Assembly (NCBI RefSeq): GCF_910592395.1
Contig: NC_088308.1
Span: 620,001 to 684,000, forward strand
DNA length: 64,000 nt
Direction of reading: 5' to 3'
Origin: Lineus longissimus
Taxonomy: Eukaryota
Within the stretch, counting starts at the first letter, position 1; each line of letters opens with the position of its first letter. Position numbers and translations under genes: made by a program. Under the pieces are notes generated by a model. It saw only the letters and a list, made by a program, of their open reading frames with translations, did no database searches and was not told the DNA's origin. Below are positions 55,728-64,000 of the stretch, piece by piece.

Positions 55728-58700
55728 CTATCCAATGTGCCCATTTGTCTTCTTCTCTTCCTCCTGGTTTAATGGTTCAGTCAATTCTATCCCATTCTCC
55801 TCGGCGTGTTGATGCTTCTTCCTCCGTCTCGGGGGCATCTCTTCCTGGAGAGGGACCTTGTTGGTCTCCGGTAGGACAACTAGGAAGAGGACAGCACAGA
55901 GTATAGACAGCAGTCCGATGATGATGTACGGCACAGTCCAATGGCTGATCTGACCCTAGCATGGAGAAAAAACCCATCAATCTTCATGAGGTGGACAAGT
56001 GACAGAAGTGTTAGCATTTCTCAGACCTGGATATCTTCTGACTACATGTACATGTACAAGCACATGTTACATGAGAGATTTGCGATCAGTGTATAGATTT
56101 TAGACTAATAATGTTTAATTCCGGAAATTTACAGAAAAACATTGCCAGAAATGCCCCTTTTTCTCGACAAAAGGCCTAGTGTCGTCTAGGAAATATAGAA
56201 TTCCAGCCCGAGCCTACATCGGACAACATGTTTTATGTTACTTCAAGAGACTATCAAACACGTTTAAAGGGGTTTTCATCACGCTGAAAAACATCTAAGG
56301 GCTGCATATTTGGTTTGCCAACCAACTTTGAAAAGTCAAAACTTCAAAAACCTTTATTTCAAAGAGTGGAGACCTTCTTACCAGCATTGCCACTTGGGGG
56401 GCCAGTATCCCCGCCACCCGTGCTGCCGTACTACACGCGCCCATAGCTATATTCCTGGAAACAAGATTAAAAGCTATAAGTTTCTTTAATATCCAGAAAA
56501 TGAGGCCGTTTAACTAATTTTTAAAGCAGCAAAGAAAAGCCGGATTTCCTTCCCGACATATTTTATCTTTAGTAAACTCTCATATGTTATTCATCTAACT
56601 CGGACAAATGCGCTAGTAGTAATGCACTCACCTCAATAATGTAGGAAAATGCTCACTGGTAGCAATGGTTGCAATGGCCCAGACTGCCGTCATGCCACCC
56701 TTTCCAATCAAGACAAGGGCCGTCACGAGGTCGGGCATTTTCCATTTCACGCCGAGGGCGCCGATTATGACCACACCTGTCAGACAGGCGATCGGGATCA
56801 CGATAAAGGAGGAGAAGGTTTTACGGCGGCCGAATCTGGAAGTTGATAATTTGAATGTGACGGAGAGATTTCATAACTGGTAGGAGGGAACTCTGTCAAT
56901 ACGAATTGGTCATAAGTTGGGAGAGGGAAAACAGTCAATGCACATTGACTCAAGAGGGAAATCTGCTCAGGCTCCATGTATATCTAATTTGCAACATTCT
57001 TATAAAAATACTTCCTTTAAGGTGAATGACAACACTGTTCCATGCAAGTTCCATCCAGAGTGATGTGCTTTTCATAAAAAGGAATCCGATGTTAACGGAA
57101 GACTATACATGTAATATACTAGGAGACTGGCAGGCCAGATTAGGTTTTACATGCAGGAAGCTGCCTAAAGAGGTCTCTTCCACTTCACAGTACATCAAAA
57201 CTATTCAGAACATCAATTTGACCACCGTGCTCTACTTATCCTTATGTTGCAGCATAGATCATGAGATACCCTTTTTGATGGTGATTTGATCTACTCCCAA
57301 TCTACTCAGACTAGGGGCATATATAGTGGGGTGTTGTAACCGCAGGATCACGAATTCCTTGTTTAAGCACCGCGGTTTAAGGCAAATCAATGAAGGTATC
57401 CTACCTATCAGAAAACAGGATGATAGACCAGCCAGACACCATAGAGACGGTTGCACTGATGCTTATGTTGACGTGTATAGTACCTGAGAACGTGTCAAAC
57501 ATATTGCTGATCCCGTAGGAGAACAAACTGCATGTGAACCTGTCAGGAATAAAAACTCAGTTTAGTCTTCGAGAACGGTTGTGATGAGTACAGTTTTGTT
57601 GGGGAGGCGGTAGTTATGTCCATGGTAAGGGGAAAGTTATGGTATAGACTTATTACACAAACAATGCAAAGGAGACGATGGGAACAAATAGTGACAAATA
57701 AGTTCTCTCTGATAACATTCGCATTCAAACATATAAAGGGGACGTTATATGTCATCATCGACGACATATCACTTCAGCAATAACTAGTCGTATTGGTGGA
57801 GTTGGTACAAAAATGATGTCAAGCAGCAGAGAGTATAAACGGTAAACCCTTACCAACACAACATGATGACTGCCGCCCTTTTAGCCATATCCGCCGTCCT
57901 GAACAGGTCGTGGTAACTATACTGACCCTCTTCTTTCTGCCTCTTCTCTGCTTCTTTGGCTATCTGCTTCAGCACGGACATGTCAGGGACCTCCCGCTTG
58001 TTCACGCGGGCCATCTCCCGTATGATCTTCTCTGCTTCGTCGAAACGACCTTTCTGGATGAGCCAGCGGATGCTCTCCGGGACGAACCTTTGGTAAAGAG
58101 GAGATGTGTTAATGAGCGACCTTTCTGGCTGAGCCAGCGGATGCTCTCCGGGACCCTTTGTTAGAGAGGAAATGTGTTAATGAGCGACCTTTCTGGATGA
58201 GCCAGCGAATGCTCTCCGGGACCCTTCGTCAGAGAGGAAATGTGTTAATGAGCGACCTTTCTGGATGAGCCAGCGGATGCTCTCCGGGACGAACCTTCGG
58301 TAAAGAGGAGATGTGTTAATGAGCGACCTTTCTGGCTGAGCCAGCGGTTGCTCTCCGGGACGAACCTTTGGTAAAGAGAAGAGGTGTTAATGAGCGACCT
58401 TTCTGGCTGAGCCAGCGGATGCTCTCCGGGACGAACCTTTGGTAAAGAGAAGAGGTGTTAATGAGCGGCCTTTCTGGCTGAGCCAGCGGATGCTCTCCGG
58501 GACGAACCTTCGGTAAAGAGAAGAGGTGTTAATGAGCGACCTTTCTGGATGAGCCGGTGGATCTTCTCTGGGACGAACCTTCGGTAAATTTGGAATTCAT
58601 TGTATTTGAGAAGAAAAACTGAGGGAGCGATGTTTGTTTCCCGAGGCCTCAACAGTCAAAGGTTAGGTTAGGTACAATACATGCAATATGCTCTTAAATA

Positions 58701-60400
58701 CTTACAGCACGATTCCAAGTATTAAAGGAGCCCCCATGAGTCCAGTGGCTAGGGCTAGATATCTCCAAGTGACCAACCTCCACGCTGTCAGGGCCATGAT
58801 CAAATAGCCGAAGCCCCAGGCACCCAGGGAGCCGACTAGTGTGCGGTACCGCGGGCCTATGAACTCCATCGGGAGGGTGTTAGTGATGCTGATGGATCCA
58901 GCTACAATAGAAATCACAAACGACAGATAAACAATTGGTAATCTTAGGATGTTCTCATCGCTTCCGGTGGTCCTTTTTGTCAAGTGTGAACCGTAGTGAC
59001 ACGGAACAGCCAAATATCGAGAGGTGGAGCACTTGTGCCAGGATGATCTTACACCAACCCCCTGTCATTGTCATCTAATTGATGATGGATTACTTATAAT
59101 GCTGTGAAGGCGCTATTTAGCCGTTTGTGCGTCTGCTCGCATATGCCTGAATACATGTAATAAAGGCCTTCTGTACAGGCCTGGCGCTCTTAACCGGCTA
59201 AATACCGTCTACACAGCATATTTACCAATGAACACTTTGCTCTTTCTGACCTCTTGAAACTGATCTTCCCCGAGGACATCGTTTAATGGAATGGCTGAGG
59301 GAATGTGCTTGAATACGTATATATCATGTCTGCTTTGTAGAATAGAACACACCCAGGAAAACCCCGCGGATAAACGAACTCACCCAGGAACATCTCCTTA
59401 ATAAATGGACTCATCCCAGGTCACAACCTTAATAAATGGACACATCCAGGAACGCGCCCTTGAAAAATGGCCTTACCCAGGAACACCCCTTTGATGAATG
59501 ATATCGCCGCGTAAAGCTGCCAGGAGTTCGACAATGCCGACAGACACTGCATGGACATATGCATGATGGCTGCGATCAGTAGCGTCTTCTTCCTCCCGAT
59601 GGTGTCCGCGGCCTGGCCGGCAAGGATGGCGCCTAGCAGGACCCCGACCATCTGAATACTAACAGTCATCTTAGGAATGTAGGCATCGTCGCAAACAAGA
59701 TTCCACTGGAACAATATCAAATCAGCTTATATGTCAAACATTTTGATTCTCTACTCATATACATATGTAGTTTATGCCTACATGTAGTTGGACTACGAAA
59801 ATTTAACCAGTCGTTGCCAAGCCATTATCAAGAAGTTGTACAGGCACAACTTCTAAGCACAAAATTATGTACAAGTACACGTACATGTATATTCATCCTC
59901 GATAACGCAGAGTCAGTCGTATCCTCCTACTCTCCACTCGTTAATGAGCCGAGTGTTGGCGTGAGCTTCAGGATGATTTATAGTTTGCACAAAAATTGGG
60001 TCTGTCCACAAGTTCCAAGGCTACTTACATCGGTCACAATGGAGGTGAAATCCTCCTTAAAAACATACTCCTCACAACGCGCCCCATCCATTTTACACAT
60101 CTCAGCTGTACTAATATTCGGCCAAGTCCCGTTGTGAGTCACATTCGAACCCGCGAACCTCCCGCAATGCCAGCCGGGGTTGGCAGCCGAGAAGATGAAG
60201 AGACTCATACATGTCGCTATGGGAAGGTCCATGATCGTCAGCACCGCAAAAAGACGAATTTGATAAATTCCGAACTCTCCAGTATTTTTCAGTACCAGGG
60301 CCTCAAATGTCTGGTCAGTTTTTCCCACCAGCCCGTTTTCGGCTTTAGGGGAACCAATATTTGACTTTGACGCCGAGTCCGGCAAAATCTTGGTATCCAT
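55728..60400 (-). CDS. SLC22/organic cation transporter-like MFS protein, copy C, 8 exons, about 556 aa (start codon tentative)
   Basis: Exons 60400-60029, 59705-59477, 58901-58706, 58087-57854, 57539-57405, 56835-56632, 56454-56382, 55955-55728. Same internal exon sizes and motifs as copies A and B. Confidence 0.88.
58088..58578 (-). repeat. Intronic array of the acceptor+exon-start unit (7 units: five of 71 bp, two of 68 bp), SLC22 copy C
   Basis: Same unit as in copies A and B; span 491 bp. Confidence 0.9.
59099..59219. mobile_element. Possible third short MITE (about 120 bp, 25-bp imperfect inverted termini)
   Basis: ATGCTGTGAAGGCGCTATTTAGCCG ... CGGCTAAATACCGTCTACACAGCAT. Confidence 0.55.
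59345..59500 (-). repeat. Degenerate tandem repeats (about 30 bp) of the exon-2 end plus 5' splice site, SLC22 copy C (shorter version in copy B near 53475-53560)
   Basis: Variants of TTTATTAAGG...GTTCCTGG|GTGAGT follow the real CATCAAAGGGGTGTTCCTGG|GTAAGG. Confidence 0.7.
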
Positions 60401-60604
60401 CGCCTCGTAGGAGTCCGGCAAAATCTTGGTTGTGTCGTATCGCGGCAGCGACCACGGCAGGGCGGGGACCGGTCTCGTCGAATCACTTCTCAAGGTGTGG
60501 ATGTATTATGTAAATGTCTCCACTAAAGCTAGACATCGAGTGCCAAAAGTCGAATTGGGCTAATCAGAATGATGAGGGCGTCCACAAAAAGTTACTGAAA
60601 GACA

Positions 60605-61000
60605 TTTAAAGCTGAACTGCATGCACAAAACAAGAGCACCCCATGCGCAATAGTAAGAAATTCAAACGACCGAAAGGCCCTACTGAATACGGTCTGAAAC
60701 ATGATAGACCTCCAATGGGTGATATGAATAAAGACGAGCAAATGCTTTTACTTCAATTTTGTACAGAAAGGCCTAGTGTCAATGTGCATGGAGTTTTAGA
60801 TAAAAGCACTTGCTAGTCTTTATTCATATCACCCAATGCTTCGATGCACTTGATTTCACAAACCAGCAAGCCGTGGGACGATGCGGACCTTCGCAGAGAA
60901 TTCTGGAAGGAAAAAAATAAAAAGGTCCTCTCATCGGGACTCGAACTCGAGATCTCTGGCTTTATTTGCCAACATTTTTATCCTCAAGGCCACTGGGCTG
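60605..61000 (-). mobile_element. tRNA-derived SINE-like element (minus strand), interrupted by MITE A
   Basis: B box GTTCGAGTCCC on the minus strand near 60936-60946; the body is the reverse complement of 61409-61575. Confidence 0.65.
60717..60834. mobile_element. MITE family A, copy 3 (opposite orientation), with AAT target-site duplication
   Basis: aat|GGGTGATATGAATAAAGAC...GTCTTTATTCATATCACCC|aat; the empty site is visible in the sister SINE copy. Confidence 0.9.
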
Positions 61001-61299
61001 CTTGAAATGCCCGCCGTTTTATACGCGTTTATAGAATGTGCAAACATTTGTGTGTAATCCTTGTTCAACATCTTTAAGCGGCTTCCAGTGAGCAACTGCA
61101 GGAAGAAAGTTATTTTTTCTTTGCTGTGCGTGATTATGTATTCGGAGTCTATGTTTTCTCTTAGCAATGGTCACCTTTGTCTTGGTGTCTTCTTCTATTA
61201 CATGTACTTGTCTATGAGAAAATTTCTGGTTCATCTCTCAAAAATAAAGCATAATCGCCATTCATATAAGATATATTTGCTGGCAGCAGTTCACAAGAA

Positions 61300-61580
61300 A
61301 GCCCCTAGCTCAGGCGGTTAGAGCGTCTGTATTCTGTGCCCGAGTTCCCGAATTCGAATCCCTGGAGAAGATTTTGATTTTTTTTCTCTTCCATGATTCT
61401 CCGAGACTGTCCGCATCGTCCTGTGGCTTGCTGGTTTGTGAAATCAAGCGCATCGAAGCATTGGAGGTCTATCATGTTTCAGGCCGTATTCAGAAGGACC
61501 TTTCGATCGTTTGAATTCACTTACTATTGTTGCATGGGACGCTCTGGTTTTGTGCATGCAAATCAGCTTCAAAAAAGCTT
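61300..61580 (+). mobile_element. tRNA-derived SINE-like element (plus strand)
   Basis: A box TAGCTCAGGCGGTTAGAGC and B box-like GAATTCGAATCCC, followed by a body homologous to 60605-60889. Confidence 0.7.
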
Positions 61581-62507
61581 TATTATTGATTGCTAGCTGC
61601 TGAAGTGTTCGATTTCGGGCAATGTGAGCTCTATCTCGGGCATGCCAAGTATGAATTGAGCCATGTAGGATAACTATATGTAACTAACTCTTAGGGTCGC
61701 TCACTTCTACCATGGAAATCGATGTGGCGCATAGTCGCGCTGGCTATCGAACCCGCTTACGGTGAAAATATGGGTCACGAGTAATTATGGTGATGTTTAA
61801 TTCCTCTAAAAGTAGAATCCATTATTTTGTTGCATAATGCAGCAACATGATTCAGCAATAGCAAGGATAAAAATATGTACGACAAGTGCGTAGGTAGCCA
61901 GTGATGGGCTCCCGAGTTTTTGCACCCACTTGATGGAATTTTGACACTACACCTATAGTGGCAAAAGTCGAATTGGTTACTCTCAGACATCGATAAAAAA
62001 CCCGCGATATGTGATGTTGCCTCATTACAAACACCGACCATAAAGATTTTGTCAATCTATTTACAACCCGCATGAGCTTCAAAATGGCTAAAAACGGATT
62101 TTTAAGATGTGCCTACCTGGGGACCAGAAAGCATACAATAAATGTGGTCTGGGCCCAAAGCTACCTAACCATTATGTCAGGTTTCGGCCAGCCATCCCCA
62201 GCCGTTACGAAACGTCCTCCGCCAACAGACGAGCTAAACTACACTCAAATGGTTGGTATGATATGATGTGATGTGTATACCTACGGGCATTGCAGAGTTT
62301 CCTCTCTGATCCTAGTTCGACCGCGAATCTCAGTCACATAATAGAATAGTATATCCCAAGGGCGTAGGCCAGAGCGGACCCTGATATAGTTTTGCTATCC
62401 GCCCACAAAATTGCATAAGATTCACTTCCCGTATTTCCTACGACAAATCCAATGCTCTTCCCTCGATTCAGTCGGAATCAAAGCATCATTAAGTCATACG
62501 CAAGTTA

Positions 62508-63240
62508 CTGAATGGAACCCAACTGCGGACCCTATTCAAGTTGTCCACACGTTCAGCAGGCCTAATCTAGCTAACTGGCCTGCGCCAGACTTATGAATAG
62601 GAAATGAGACGGGTCATTTTCACCGCCCGAGAAAATGTAAAAAGTAGGCAGAATCGTTGGCGCGCGATATCCCCTTTAATCCGTTTGTGTCTAAAGAAGG
62701 TGAGAATATCCATTTTTGAGACGATAGGCTGCTATATTTTGTCATACCAAACAACGACCAGGTCAACAGTGAACAATGAAAACCATAACGCGTGCGCCCG
62801 GCGTTTGACGCACTCGCACAATGGCACTAACTCTCTCGTAATACGGGCCCTTCGTGGACTTGCGAGACGTCCTGTGACCGCCCCTCTATTTGGTATCAAA
62901 GCGATAGGGTAAATCGAGTCATTGCAATAGAATTCCCCCATAAGCGAGTTTCTGATACGTCGATCTGGCCTTGCGCGTCGGTGTCCCTCCTTAACATAGA
63001 CTTGGATTGAATGCGAAGGCGGATACTTTTTTAGAATTGAGGCGAACTGCCGATAAATGGGCGTGGTTTCTGAATCTGAATGGAACTCTATTGTCCACAT
63101 ACATGTTCAGCAGGCCGAATTTAGCTAACTGATCTGTGCCGGAGCCTGAACAGAAAATGAGAAGATACATTTTCTTGGGCGGTGAAAATGTAAAGGTATA
63201 GGCAAATCGCAAATCGTGCGATATTCCATTTATTCGTGTC
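62508..63240. repeat. Diverged direct repeat pair (about 170-180 bp; near 62508-62685 and 63076-63240)
   Basis: Both copies share ctgaatggaac..., gttcagcaggcc..aat.tagctaactg and gaaaatgtaaa..., ending gcgatat.cc.ttta. Confidence 0.75.
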
Positions 63241-64000
63241 ATTATTCTCTGTGTGTGTGTCCAACGCGGTCGGACTTTAAATCTCATGAACAAGTTTCAA
63301 CGCAGAACCGCTTTTATTAAAGAAACCAATAGTGCGGAGCGCAATAACTGTGTCTCCACAACGTCTAATGATAATAGCCCATTGAGTCAGTTATGCCGTT
63401 CTGAAAGCTAACAATAAATGGTTGTATCGAAATAGAATTTGAAAGGCTCTTGTGGCCCTGAAAAGAAAATCGAAAATCTCATAGAACGCCTCGAATCGGC
63501 TTCACTCATGTAGAACCAGAAATATTGAACCGTGCTGGGTTGGATAATGAAGGTGCTGCCGAGTTTTAACTGTTCTCGACCCCGGGTCTCACTTCCAGTG
63601 AGAGATGCCTCTGAAGGCCACGTACTGACATGCTGGTGGTTGATGTCGAGAAAAGAATGTCGGATGACAGAGCTCAATATAGCCTCCCCCTTGCCGTGTC
63701 GACCGTTGATTCACCTGATGGTCGACGGGTATATATAGCCGTGCCTTGTGAAAATTGCTTAGCGGGTTCGTTACCACGTACGGAGGTTGGTCCGGTAACG
63801 ATGTGCAGCTTCCGCTGACTTAGCCCGGCATTGACCTTTCAAGACTGCTGGCATTCGAAGTCAATTCTCATTTCCACATTTACTGGTTTACGTTCCTCTC
63901 TCGTCTTTTGGCATGTGTTTTTTTCAGCATGTCCCATGGACACAGAAACGGTCTATTCAAAGCCCCCATCCGATAGGCCTAAATGCGAACATAAACACGC

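Noticed and set aside
46224..60364. Recurring plus-strand ORFs across the SLC22 cluster (for example MVTVLTLFFL...)
   Set aside because: They are antisense shadows of paralogous exons, recurring only because the genes are duplicated.
62604..63818. Several 60-120 aa ORFs at the window end
   Set aside because: No recognisable domain or consistent splice pattern; they overlap diverged repeats.

Overview
This is eukaryotic DNA from an invertebrate animal, judged by its GT-AG introns and metazoan gene content; the exact taxon cannot be fixed from the sequence. Genes in order: an intronless CSGALNACT-like glycosyltransferase (+); a two-exon FUT10/11-type fucosyltransferase (-) head-to-head with an 18-coding-exon SEC24C/D (+); a 59-bp minisatellite of about 33 copies; a RING/TRAF-zinc-finger E3 ligase-like gene (+); a small membrane protein (-); an orphan 341-aa ORF (+); GRB2/Drk (+); three tandem SLC22-like transporters (-); then MITEs and tRNA-derived SINEs. 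The most striking signals concern splicing. (1) The RING-TRAF gene appears to build the loop of a C-terminal CHORD-like zinc domain from five consecutive microexons of 3, 3, 12, 3 and 3 nt. (2) All three SLC22 paralogues carry tandem arrays of a 71-bp unit made of a complete 3' splice site plus the start of the exon, so each unit is also a self-contained GT...AG mini-intron; two paralogues also have tandem copies of a 5' splice site. (3) The two long SEC24 introns hold candidate cassette exons and a decayed duplicate exon. All gene models were read by hand and lack transcript evidence.
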